Assembly (NCBI GenBank): GCA_002269645.1 | Contig: NIVC01002123.1 | Location: forward strand, 62,001-126,000 | DNA: 64,000 bases | Direction of reading: 5' to 3' | Source: Macrostomum lignano | Taxonomy: Eukaryota | Shown here: positions 34,744 through 46,984 of the stretch, piece by piece | How positions within the stretch are numbered: position 1 is the first letter of the stretch | Layout: the number at the start of each line of letters is the position of its first letter | The notes under the pieces: generated by a model | Database searches by the model: none | The model's input: only the letters and a program-made list of their open reading frames with translations | Told to the model about the DNA's origin: nothing | Translations under genes and position numbers: made by a program

Positions 34744-37290
34744 TGAAGGGGGAGAGCGGTGGGTGCGACATGTGACCAGTGAATCACCAGGGACAGGGGG
34801 AGAGCGGTGGGTGCGACATGTGACCAGTGAATCACCAGGGACAGGGGGAGAGCGGTGGGTGCGACATGTGACCAGTGAATCACCAGGGACAGGGGGAGAG
34901 CGGTGGGTGCGACATGTGACCAGTGAATCACCAGGGACAGGGGGAGAGCGGTGGGTGCGACATGTGACCAGTGAATCACCAGGGACAGGGGGAGAGCGGT
35001 GGGTGCGACATGTGACCAGTGAATCACCAGGGACAGGGGGAGAGCGGTGGGTGCGACATGTGACCAGTGAATCACCAGGGACAGGGGGAGAGCGGTGGGT
35101 GCGACATGTGACCAGTGAATCACCAGGGACAGGGGGAGAGCGGTGGGTGCGACATGTGACCAGTGAATCACCAGGGACAGGGGGAGAGCGGTGGGTGCGA
35201 CATGTGACCAGTGAATCACCAGGGACAGGGGGAGAGCGGTGGGTGCGACATGTGACCAGTGAATCACCAGGGACAGGGGGAGAGCGGTGGGTGCGACATG
35301 TGACCAGTGAATCACCAGGGACAGGGGGAGAGCGGTGGGTGCGACATGTGACCAGTGAATCACCAGGGACAGGGGGAGAGCGGTGGGTGCGACATGTGAC
35401 CAGTGAATCACCAGGGACAGGGGGAGAGCGGTGGGTGCGACATGTGACCAGTGAATCACCAGGGACAGGGGGAGAGCGGTGGGTGCGACATGTGACCAGT
35501 GAATCACCAGGGACAGGGGGAGAGCGGTGGGTGCGACATGTGACCAGTGAATCACCAGGGACAGGGGGAGAGCGGTGGGTGCGACATGTGACCAGTGAAT
35601 CACCAGGGACAGGGGGAGAGCGGTGGGTGCGACATGTGACCAGTGAATCACCAGGGACAGGGGGAGAGCGGTGGGTGCGACATGTGACCAGTGAATCACC
35701 AGGGACAGGGGGAGAGCGGTGGGTGCGACATGTGACCAGTGAATCACCAGGGACAGGGGGAGAGCGGTGGGTGCGACATGTGACCAGTGAATCACCAGGG
35801 ACAGGGGGAGAGCGGTGGGTGCGACATGTGACCAGTGAATCACCAGGGACAGGGGGAGAGCGGTGGGTGCGACATGTGACCAGTGAATCACCAGGGACAG
35901 GGGGAGAGCGGTGGGTGCGACATGTGACCAGTGAATCACCAGGGACAGGGGGAGAGCGGTGGGGGTGACCAGTGAATCACCAGGGACAGGGGAGAGCGGT
36001 GGGGGTGACATGTGACCAGTGAATCACCAGGGACAGGGGAGAGCGGTGGGGGTGACCAGTGAATCATCGGGGGCATTGGGGGGAGAGCGGTGGGGGTGAC
36101 CAGTGAATCACTGGGGCATTGGGGGGAGAGCGGTGGGGGTGACCAGTGAATCACTGGGGGCATTGGGGGAGAGCGGTGGGGGTGACCAGTGAATCACTGG
36201 GGGCATTGGGGGGAGAGCGGTGGGGGTGACCAGTGAATCACTGGGGGCATTGGGGGGAGAGCGGTGGGGGTGACCAGTGAATCACCGGGGTAGGGGGAGA
36301 GCGGTGGGGGTGACCAGTGAATCACCGGGGTAGGGGGAGAGCGGTGGGGGTGACCAGTGAATCACTGGGGGCATTGGGGGGAGAGCGGTGGGGTGACCAG
36401 TGAATCACTGGGGCATTGGGGGGAGAGCGATGGGGTGACCAGTGAATCACCGGGGTAGGGGGAGAGCGGTGGGGGTGACCAGTGAATCACCGGGGTAGGG
36501 GGAGAGCGGTGGGGGTGACCAGTGAATCACTGGGGGCATTGGGGGGGAGAGCGATGGGGGTGACCAGTGAATCACCGGGGTAGGGGGAGAGCGGTGGGGG
36601 TGACCAGTGAATCACCGGGGTAGGGGGAGAGCGGTGGGGGTGACCAGTGAATCACTGGGGGCATTGGGGGGAGAGCGGTGGGGGTGACCAGTGAATCACT
36701 GGGGGCATTGGGGGGGAGAGCGATGGGGGTGACCAGTGAATCACCGGGGTAGGGGAGAGCGGTGGGGGTGACCAGTGAATCACTGGGGCATTGGGGGGGA
36801 GAGCGATGGGGTGACCAGTGAATCACCGGGGTAGGGGGAGAGCGGTGGGGGTGACCAGTGAATCACCGGGGTAGGGGGAGAGCGGTGGGGGTGACCAGTG
36901 AATCACTGGGGCATTGGGGGAGAGCGGTGGGGTGACCAGTGAATCACTGGGGGCATTGGGGGGAGAGCGGTGGGGTGACCAGTGAATCACCGGGGGTAGG
37001 GGGGTAGTGGGGGTGACCAGTGAAGGACCGGGGGTAGGGGAGTAGTGGGGGTGACCAGTGAAGGACTGGGGGTAGGGGGGTGGTGGGGGTGACCAGTGAA
37101 GGACCGGGGTAGGGGGTAGTGGGAGTGACCAGTGAAGGACCGGGAGTAGGGGGTGGCGGGGGTGACCAGTGAAGGACCGGGGTAGGGGTGGTGGGGGTGA
37201 CCAGTGAAGGACCGGGGTAGGGGGTGGTGGGGGTGACCAGTGAAGGACCGGGGGTAGGGGTGGTGGGGGTGACCAGTGAAGGACCGGGGG
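34744..37290. repeat. Compound G-rich array: ~25 perfect 48-nt units, then shorter G-tract variants
   Basis: GAGAGCGGTGGGTGCGACATGTGACCAGTGAATCACCAGGGACAGGGG to ~35957, then ~38-46-nt variants sharing the GTGACCAGTGAA core. Confidence 0.96.
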
Positions 37291-38138
37291 GCAGGTTGAA
37301 GGATGCGTAGGCAGATGCAGGCAGGCTCTGCACCCGAGGCGCTGGTGCTAACGCTGCTGATTAACTAATTGCTTGAATGCTTGCAGATGCGGGTCCCCCA
37401 GACTGCTCGGTCCAAGTGGCCTCTTTAAGCTCTCGCAGCTGCAGCATGGCTCAAATTAATAAGCGAGCGAAAAAAATGTAAACAAGTGTTTGTCGGATGG
37501 GATATTCAAATCGAGTTTAAAAATACGTATTGCTATCATTTTTAGTCGAAAGCAAAGCGTTCGAAACGAACTGAAAGCGTTAGTGGGCCCGGTTCCTCGG
37601 GTGTTTTTCGCATCCTAGCTGCCGCTCCCATGCATGGGAATCGGGTGAGGTGCTGGGGGAAAATGTGGTGGTTTGAAACAAATTCTGTGTTTCCGTCAGA
37701 GTTCGCAGTGAGAGCCTCGGTCTGGCTCGTTCTGCTTCTCGAGGGTAAAAGCGGCAAAATCGGCTGTGGGGCTGCGGGGGCCAATCCGGTGGGGTCCCTC
37801 GTGAGGGTGTCCCGTGCAGACGTGCTCAGTTTATCAGCTCAGTGCCTCCCTCCCCCCCCCTGCCAGGCATACAGAGCCATTAAGACAGCCAAATTCGAGT
37901 CCTTATCTGCCAGTACAAAGTCTTAATTCGCTGTCTAGGCCGCGGCCGACTCTGATTGACCTATCTGCGGCTCAATTAACCGCCGCGTACCTGACCCGCC
38001 TGTTCCTCTGCTTCTCTCTCTCTCTCTCCGCAAGAAATACCGCTAGCAGCTTGATAGACGCGAGCGCAGAGTACGCGGCCTTCTGTTCTCCGAAGCGGAG
38101 ACAAAAGCACCCGACCGAGCAGGCCAGACGAAGGCGGC

Positions 38139-41100
38139 ATGGGGAACTGCGCGTCGGCCTCTGCCGAAGATATTGAGGATTCTGTGGAGCTGAGGGTGAA
38201 GAAGCTGCTGACACCCGGCGGCAAGAGGGGCAAGCGGAAAAGGTGAGCGCGGGCTCGGGAGTAGCCAGGATTGTGGGCGCCTGCAGCTGTGGGCTGGAGG
38301 GTGGAAGCAATGGGATAAAGGGTGGAAACAGTAGGATAATAGGTGGAAGCAGTAGGATAAAGGGTGGAAGCAGTGGGTTGGAGGGTGGAAGCAATGAGAT
38401 AGAGGATGGAAGCAGTAGGATAAAGGATGGAAGCAGTAGGATAAAGGATGGAAGCAGTAGGATAAAGGATGGAAGCAGTAGGATAAAGGATGGAAGCAGT
38501 AGGATAAAGGATGGAAGCAGTAGGATAAAGGATGGAAGCAGTAGGATAAAGGATGGAAGCAGTAGGATAAAGGATGGAAGCAGTAGGATAAAGGATGGAA
38601 GCAGTAGGATAAAGGATGGAAGCAGTAGGATAAAGGATGGAAGCAGTAGGATAAAGGATGGAAGCAGTAGGATAAAGGATGGAAGCAGTAGGATAAAGAA
38701 TGGAAGCAGTAGGATAAAGGATGGAAGCAGTAGGATAAAGGATGGAAGCAGTGGGTTGGAGGCTGGATTAAGCAGTAAGGAGGAAGTGACGTCCATGAGT
38801 AATAAAAATGAGCAAAAATAATCAGACAGTCTTCCAGTCACTCCAGATCAAATTCGTAATGGCTCAAACATGCTCGTACAACTCCTAACCCTTAGCCATA
38901 GCCCTTAACCCTAACCCTAAGAAGCAGAAATCTCAAGACCTGCTTGCGCTCGCCAGAAGGAATAGGGATGCAATTAAATGCGAGCCTCTCTGATGCTGGG
39001 AGAAAGAAAAAAGGAATGACTTGTTCGTCTACCGCTAAGCACCGGGGAAGCTGCTTCTGGCAATTAAATTGAGAACACAATTAAATTTCTGCTTCAGGAA
39101 GGAAATTAGCTGCGATAAGGAAGAAATTTTTTGGCGAATAAAAATATCTGGGGTTTAAACTTGCTCTCGCGTACATGTATAGGCTGCAAGCTGCGGGAGA
39201 AGGGGGACGCATGGGGGTGGAAATCCTCTTAACTTTGCTAGATCTTGCTCATCCCCACTAGACCTCCCTTTCGGATCCCACTAGATCTCCCTCTCAGATC
39301 CCACTAAACCTCCATCTCAGATCCCACTAGATCCCCCTCTCAGATCCCTCTATATCCCCCTCTCAGATCCCACTAGATCCCCCTCTCAGATCCCTCTATA
39401 TCCCCTCTCAGATCCCACTAGATCTCCATCTCAGATCCCCACCAGATCTCCCTTTCAACTCTCCATTAGATCCCGAACTCTCTTGAAACCCCTCTATAAC
39501 TCCCCACCCGTCGCGCCTCCGCCAGCCGCACCTCCATCCAGCTCAGCGGATTCGCTGACCACGCCAGACGGCTGCTGCAGACGAAGGAGGGAGAGGAGGA
39601 GCTGGAAAAGCAGCTGGAGCGGCTGAACCTCATCGGCTCGAACTGCGAGCGCCTCATCTTCAGTGTAGAATGCGGCCAGAGCCTGCGCAACACCCTGAAG
39701 AACCGCTACACCAACGTGCTGCCCTACGACTCGAACCGGGTCAAACTGTCCCTGCCGAAACCCTCGGCCGACATGCCAGATTTCGACGAGGATTCTGAGG
39801 AAAATCTCGATGAGGCGGACTACGACGATGGCGGCGGTTGCGAGGACCCGCTGCTGCGGCTATCCAGAGCCCCGTCCGACTACGTCAACGCTAGCCCTCT
39901 TCGAGTGTCCAATCGCCGGTACATCGCCTGCCAAGGACCTCTGCAGGAGACGCTCGGCCAACATTGGCAGATGATCTGGGAGTCCGGGGTTCGCCTAGTT
40001 GCCATGGTAACGGACTGCGTTGAACAAGGCCGGAGCGCCTGCGCCAAATACTGGCCGGACGAGACTGGGACCAGCGTCTGCTACGGCCAGTACACAGTTG
40101 CTATGGAAACCGAGGAGACGCTAGACGACGGAAACCTGATCCGCCGTGAGCTGACAGTGTCCGTGACCGGCGACTCCAGCGAGACCCGCCGGCTTCGCCA
40201 CCTGCAGTATTTGGGCCTGCCGCTGTCGGCGGACTGGTCCGGCCTAGACCCTGCCGGCTTCTGCCGCTTTGCCGCTGAGGTGGGCGCCACCGCCAGGCCG
40301 GACTGGCCGACCGTCGTCCACTGCGACAGCGGCGTCGGCCGGACCGGCGTCCTGCTCTGCCTGCTGTCCTTCAGCATTGACGGAGTGCGCGCCAGCCAGC
40401 AAGTGGACGTGCCGGCCGCCGTTGTCGGGCTGAGGCTGAGCCGGCCGGGCATGGTGCACAGCAGAGTACGTAGCCTGGGCCATAGACAGCTGGCCTTGGC
40501 CATAGACAGCTAGCCTTGGCCATAGATAGCTGGCCTTGGCCATAGACAGCTAGCCTTGGCCATAGACAACTGGCCTTGACCATAGACAGCTAGCCTTGGC
40601 CATAGACAACTGGCCTTGACCATAGACAACTAGCCTTGGTCATAGACAACTGGCCTTGGTCAAAGACAACTGGCCTTGGCCATAGACAGCTGGCCTTGAC
40701 CATAGACAACTAGCCTTGGTCATAGACAGCTGGCCTTGACCATAGACAGCTAGCCTTGGCCATAGACAACTGGCCTTGGTCATAGACAACTGGCCTTGGT
40801 CAAAGACAACTAGCCTTGGTCATAGACAACTAGCCTTGGTCATAGACAACTAGCCTTGGTCATAGACAACTGGCCTTGACCATAGACAGCTAGCCTTGGC
40901 CATAGACAACTGGCCTTGGTCAAAGACAACTAGCCTTGGTCATAGACAACTGGCCTTGGCCATAGTCTACGCAATATTGATTAAATTTGCTCTTTAAAAC
41001 CTTAACAACAGTTTCAGCCTCTCGCTTTAAAAATCCTGCAAATTTGAACTTGTAAATTCGTTTGGTTAGGAACATAGGCCATTTTATCGGACTCATACTG

Positions 41101-42916
41101 CATTGTTTCATACATGAGGCGGCATGTAACACCACTGGGAATCGGGAAGCGGAGACCCCAACCCCCGCCAGGCCCCCATAATTGCCAGCACGAGCTTTCA
41201 CATCTCTCAGCTCTGGCCTGGCGGGCGGTCCCGCACTTACTGTGTTCGCTTTAGGGAGGCAAAGATCGAGCGAGCATCGAGAGGAGGCTTTCCTAGTTTT
41301 TAGCTATATTTGTTGATCGCTCCCTGCCCTGGATCGCAAAGGCCCTGCGGATGTCCCTAGCTGACCCCACACTTGATCCTGTGGGGGGGCTTTTTCGGCC
41401 CACTTAAAAGAGGACGGTCTACTCACTGCGGATTCAGAGTGGTGCTATTTGTCAATGTTGCTTTTTAATTCAATGAACATTTCTATAGCGGTTGATTCGT
41501 ATCATGCTACTTATAGCTACTGTTCGGTAAGTAGGCAGTGTAGGCTTTTTTAGGTTGGAGCTTTAAAAACTTTCAAAAAAATTTCAAATCCACCTGTAAA
41601 AGATTATTTGCAAACCGTGGGTTCACATGATTTATGAATTATGATTTTTACATTTCAATTTGCTGCGCAGAGCCAGCTCGCCTTCGTGTACAAATGCCTG
41701 CTGCACAACCTGGTGAAGGAGAACCTGATTTCCGGGACTGCCGGTGATAGGAATGGCCAGAAATCTGCCGGCTCACTGCAGCTTGATGTCAACGAGGCAG
41801 AGGGTGAGTGAGCGAGTGAGTGAGTGAGTGAGGGAGTGAGTGAGTGAGTGAGGGAGGGAGGGAGTGAGTGAGTGAGTGAGTGAGAGAGAGTGAGCGAGTG
41901 AGTGAGTGAGTGAGTGAGTGAGTGAGCGAGTGAGTGAGTGAGTGAGTGAGTGAGCGAGTGAGCGAGTGAGGGAGTGAGTGAGGGAGTGAATGAGTGAGTG
42001 AGAGAGAGTGAGCGAGTGAGTGAGTGAGTGAGTGAGTGAGCGAGTGAGTGAGTGAGTGAGTGAGTGAGTGAGAGAGAGTGAGTGAGTGAGTGAGTGAGAG
42101 AGAGTGAGTGAGTGAGTGAGAGAGAGCGAGTGAGTGAGTGAGTGAGAGAGAGTGTGTGAGTGAGCGAGTGAGAGAGAGTGAGTGAGTGAGAGAGAGTGAG
42201 TGAGTGAGAGAGAGTGAGTGAGTGAGTGAGAGAGAGTGAGTGAGTGAGTGAGTGAGTGAGAGAGAGTGAGTGAGTGAGTGAGTGAGAGAGAGTGAGTGAG
42301 TGAGTGAGAGAGAGTGAGTGAGTGAGTGAGTGAGAGAGAGTGAGTGAGTGAGTGAGTGAGAGAGAGTGTGTGAGTGAGCGAGTGAGAGAGAGTGAGCGAG
42401 TGAGAGAGAGTGAGTGAGTGAGAGAGAGTGAGTGAGTGAGTGAGAGTGAGTGAGTGAGTGAGTGAGAGAGAGTGAGTGAGTGAGTGTGTGAGTGAGCGAG
42501 TGAGTGAGTGAGTGAGTGAGTGAGTGAGTGAGTGAGTGTGTGTGTGAGTGAGCGAGTGAGTGAGTGAATGAGTGAGTGAGGGAGTGAGTGAGTGAGTGAG
42601 ATTAGTGAGTGAGTGAGTGAGTGAGTGACTGAGTGAGAGTGAGTGAGTGAGTGGGTGAGTGCAGAGTGAGTGGGTGGGTGAATGAGTGGGTGGGTGGGTG
42701 AGTGAATTATTGAGTGGGTGATTGAATGAGTGGGTGAGTGCGGAGTGAGTGGGTGGGTGAGTGAGTAGTGTTTTCATGATAAATTTTATGAGTTCGTGAG
42801 TTCATGAGTTCATGCGTATGTTTGATTTGAGTGCATGAATTCTTTCATGAGTGACTGCCTGTCACCGCATTTCAGACTTTGGAGAGGCCGACAGTCCAGC
42901 TGTTAACGATGACTGA
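38139..42916 (+). CDS. Non-receptor classical PTP-fold protein (405 aa), probable pseudophosphatase; exons 38139-38242, 39526-40465, 41671-41803, 42876-42916
   Basis: KNRYTNVLPYDSNRVKL, DYVNAS, YIACQGPL, WQMIWE, CAKYWP, VVHCDSGVGRTG, R..RPGMVHSRSQLAFVY; all four exons join in phase (2,0,1). Confidence 0.85.
38400..38755. repeat. 21-nt minisatellite (GGATGGAAGCAGTAGGATAAA) in PTP intron 1
   Basis: Directly visible; ORF 38243..38821 starts at the splice donor and is out of frame with exon 1. Confidence 0.92.
39245..39450. repeat. ~22-nt degenerate minisatellite (CAGATCCCACTAGATCCCCCTCT) in PTP intron 1
   Basis: Directly visible. Confidence 0.8.
40478..40965. repeat. 20-nt minisatellite (CATAGACAACTGGCCTTGGC) in PTP intron 2
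   Basis: Starts ~12 nt after the donor. Confidence 0.93.
41804..42770. repeat. (GAGT)n-based microsatellite filling PTP intron 3
   Basis: Begins exactly at the GTGAGT donor. Confidence 0.96.
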
Positions 42917-43469
42917 CAGACAGCTGGCGGCCCTGACTGACCCCGCCGGTTGAACCAATTGAACTGGTCACTTTCTTCACCCTCGCCCCGCTTTCTAAAT
43001 AGTTGAGCAGGTCATGCTGTACTCGCATGGCTCAGTTCGCCGCCCCTGTGTGTACAGAGAAGTATCAATATTCCAGAGATCGCTAACTTCGTGCATCCAT
43101 CCATAGCTTCAACTTCAAGATAGTTTTTATACATGTACTTGACCAACTTTAAAATTGAGAGGCGAATAAATTGATCAAGAAATGGAGCTCGGCGCCGATT
43201 TGAACTTCTTTCTTCTACCTGTCATTTACTGTTAATGACCAACATCTGGTGTTTATTTTCAATGCGTTTCAATGCAAAATTTCAACTGACATATTAGCAA
43301 GACAGCGCAGACAGTTTAATCAGAAGGGAATGGAAGTCGTGGCTTATGATACTGTGAAACAAATATCGGTATCCCAAATTTGAGAATTAAATTGAAATTT
43401 AATATACATATAGCATTGCTTCCATGGTAACTTGGTTGAGTTCCAGGGATACTAGCATGGGTTCCATAG

Positions 43470-44485
43470 TGACTTGATTGGGTTTCATAAAGACACTGGA
43501 TTGGGTTCCATAAGGACACTTGATTGGGTTCCATAACGATACTTGATTGGGTTCCATAAAGACACTGGATTGGGTTCCATAAAGACACTTGATTGGTTCC
43601 ATAAGGACACTTGATTGGGTTCCATAAAGATACTTGATTGGGTTCCATAAAGATACTTGATTGGGTTCCATAAAGACACTTGATTGGGTTCCATAACGAT
43701 ACTTGATTGGGTTCCATAAGGACACTTGATTGGGTTCCATAAAGATACTTGATTGGGTTCCATAAAGATACTTGATTGGGTTCCATAAAGACACTTGATT
43801 GGTTCCATAAGGACACTTGATTGGGTTCCATAAGGACACTTGATTGGGTTCCATAACGATACTTGATTGGGTTCCATAAAGACACTGGATTGGGTTCCAT
43901 AAAGACACTTGATTGGTTCCATAAGGACACTTGATTGGGTTCCATAAGGACACTTGATTGGGTTCCATAACGATACTTGATTGGGTTCCATAAGGACACT
44001 TGATTGGGTTCCATAAGGACGCTTGATTGGGTTCCATAAGACACTGGATTGGGTTCCATAAAGACACTGGATTGGGTTCCATAGTGACGTGATTGGGTTC
44101 CATAGTGACCTGATTGGGTTCCATAGTGACGTGATTGGGTTCCATAGTGACCTGATTGGGTTCCATAGTGACCTGATTGGGTTCCATAAGGACACTTGCT
44201 TGGGTTCCATAGTGACCTGATTGGGTTCCATAGTGACGTGATTGGGTTCCATAGTGACGTGATTGGGTTCCATAGTGACCTGATTGGGTTCCATAGTGAC
44301 CTGATTGGGTTCCATAGTGACCTGATTGGGTTCCATAAGGACACTTGCTTGGGTTCCATAGTGACGTGATTGGGTTCCATAGTGACCTGATTGGGTTCCA
44401 TAAGGACACTTGCTTGGGTTCCATAGTGACGTGATTGGGTTCCATAGTGACCTGATTGGGTTCCATAGTGACGTGATTCGGTTCC
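43470..44485. repeat. 22-23-nt minisatellite (TTGATTGGGTTCCATAAGGACAC / ...CATAGTGAC variants)
   Basis: Directly visible; two variant blocks. Confidence 0.94.
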
Positions 44486-44532
44486 AGGGATGCTAGATTT
44501 ATTTAAGAATCCTCTGCATCAAAGGACCAGCA

Positions 44533-45051
44533 TCAACCGTTTGACCACTGCCGCTGCTGTTGCTGCTGCTGCTGCTGTTGCTGCTCCCGGATTAGCGGGA
44601 TGCAGAAAGTCCTGGGCGGCCGGACCAGCCGAGGGTGGCTGTTGCCGCAGCTCCCAGCGCTGTTGAGTCTCCCATTGGGCTCTTCCGCTGCCCGCTGGAT
44701 GTCGGCCTCCCGCTGGGAGCTCGTCTCGCTGCTGCTGCCGTCCGGGCTCGCCCGATTCGACACCGACGTTGGCAGAGTCGCTGCGGTTGCCATGACAACG
44801 ATTGCCGGAGTTAGTAGGTCGGGTGGCTGCGGCCGCTGCTGTGGAGGCTGAGCTGGGCAAGAAGACTCGGCCAGGCCGTCCCGCTCCCAGGCCTCGTACT
44901 GCGCCCGGCTTTGGCACCGGGTCAGCTGCCGAATCCTCTGCCTGATGCAGCACGGATTGGCAAAGGCGTCGTGCAGCTGGGCGCTGCCGGAGACCCGGCG
45001 CTCCAGCACCAGCAGCGCCTCCATGGGGCTAAGGACTCCGGCTGGCTGCAT
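44533..45051 (-). CDS. Uncharacterised poly-Q protein or terminal exon (172 aa)
   Basis: GC-rich non-repetitive ORF with coding-like composition similar to the neighbouring genes; no domain recognised; could be a separate gene or a downstream exon of the E2F-like gene. Confidence 0.5.
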   Translation of the reverse strand: MQPAGVLSPMEALLVLERRVSGSAQLHDAFANPCCIRQRIRQLTRCQSRAQYEAWERDGLAESSCPAQPPQQRPQPPDLLTPAIVVMATAATLPTSVSNRASPDGSSSETSSQREADIQRAAEEPNGRLNSAGSCGNSHPRLVRPPRTFCIPLIREQQQQQQQQQQRQWSNG

Positions 45052-45959
45052 GCCAATTAACGAGTGCCAGAGGCGCCTAAAAGCAACTGGAGAAACTCGT
45101 CTCTCGCCCCAAGCCTGAGCAGCTTCTATATGCTCGCTGCTTGGCCCTGTACACCTGTGTCTCTCTATCCATTTTATTCCCTTATCGCTCGATTATCCCT
45201 ATTTAGCTCTTGTCCAATCATCAGTAGAGTGTTGGCGAGACACGCGCTCTGTCCGTCCCCACGCGCATCCCAAACTCCAGCTTTCTTTTTATTTTCTAGC
45301 TCCTACCAACCCCCGGCTGTTCCACCCAGCAAAGCAGAGGCAGCTGCAGAAACTTCTCTCACTGCCCCCCCCAGTCCCTCACTTTCACTTTTGCATATCA
45401 GCAGCTCAGCGGGTTGCGGGCGGTGCCGCAATAAGACAATATTTTGATAACCCGCATGCTGGCCTGTAATTGTTGAGGACCCCCCCCCGGAACTGTCAAT
45501 CTGCTGAAATTACAAGGAGCCCCTGCCGATTTAATAGTTAGGACTCTCTCGCGCAGGTTAATTAAATGGTTCAACTGCGAGGCGCTGGGGATATTAAAGG
45601 GTACATTGCTAATGGCTTACAAGCTCTCCAATACTGTCCTTGGCAGCTCGCAGCTGTCAATCAAGCCAGCAGGTGTTGCATTCTCTATTCAGGAGCTTCA
45701 GAGAATTGTTGCTTTTTTCATTACAAATCCCCAAATGTCAATGCAGATTCTCAGTACCTAAGTAGAAAAACTATTGGCATTTCAGACACTTCAGGCCTTT
45801 TGAGTTTGGGATTTGCGGGACTCTTAAAGGGCTCAGGATTCAGTGCCAGGACCCTGTGAGTGTTGTTGAGCATGTACGGCTGGTTTTGAATCTCGATAGT
45901 TCCTATCAGCGATGCAAATCAAGGACATGCTCCCATGCCAGTTCGTGATTAGGGATTAG

Positions 45960-46575
45960 GAAATGGCCTTTTGGAATCGGGAAATAGACATTGGGAATCG
46001 GGAAATGGACATTGGGAATCGGGAAATGGACATTGCGAATCGGGGAATGGACATTGGGAATCGGGAAATGGACATTGGGAATCGGGAAATGGACATTGCG
46101 AATCGGGGAATGGACATTGCGAATCGGGGAATGGACATTGGGAATTGGGAAATGGACATTGCGAATCGGGAAATAGACATTGGGAATCGGGAAATAGACA
46201 TTGGGAATCGGGAAATAGACATTGCGAATCGGGAAATAGACATTGGGAATCGGGAAATAGACATTGCGAATCGGGGAATGGACATTGGGAATCGGGAAAT
46301 AGACATTGCGAATCGGGAAATAGACATTGGGAATCGGGAAATAGACATTGCGAATCGGGAAATAGACATTGCGAATCGGGAAATGGACATTGGAAATCGG
46401 GAAATGAACATTGGGAATCGGGAAATGGACATTGGGGATCGGGAAATGGACATTGGGAATCGGGAAATAGACATTGCGAATCGGGAAATAGACATTGCGA
46501 ATCGGGAAATGGACATTGCGAATCGGGAAATGGCCTTTGGGAATCGGGAAATGGACATTGGGAATTGGGAAATGG
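45960..46575. repeat. 21-nt minisatellite (GGGAATCGGGAAATGGACATT)
   Basis: Directly visible. Confidence 0.95.
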
Positions 46576-46984
46576 CTTTTAAAGTAATCACAGAGTTAGG
46601 AAGGGGAACTTATTTCACAGAAAGAGACGAGTAAAAATTGAAAGACAAAAACTAAAAAAATTTCTACAAAAGCGCCAGCCAGTGCAAAAGAGGATGCAGC
46701 AATATTTATTGAACATAAACAATATGTAAAAAAGTTTCCACAATGCAATGCAATCATGTATTGTACTCTAGCGTGATGGTATAAAATATTTTAGCGAATA
46801 AAAAGCAAAGAAATTCCCCAAACTGCAGGAAACAAATTGTGGAAATCTCAATGCTAAGATGCTTTGCTCTGCGATAAAGCAGTTTACAGGAAAGCACTGC
46901 GCGACCTGACCTGGCGTTGCTGAGGATCCACCGGGCTGACACCACAGCTGTCTGACTCTCAACTACTCACCCATGAGTGCTCCC

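Noticed and set aside
34721-36011. 415/424-aa ORFs, and the similar long ORFs at 3371-4034, 38243-38821, 41773-42777, 43316-44466, 45956-46634, 47041-47883, 49805-50900, 53489-54821, 59912-60394 and 60775-61272
   Set aside because: Stop-free translations of tandem repeats, mostly intronic or intergenic and open in several frames or on both strands.
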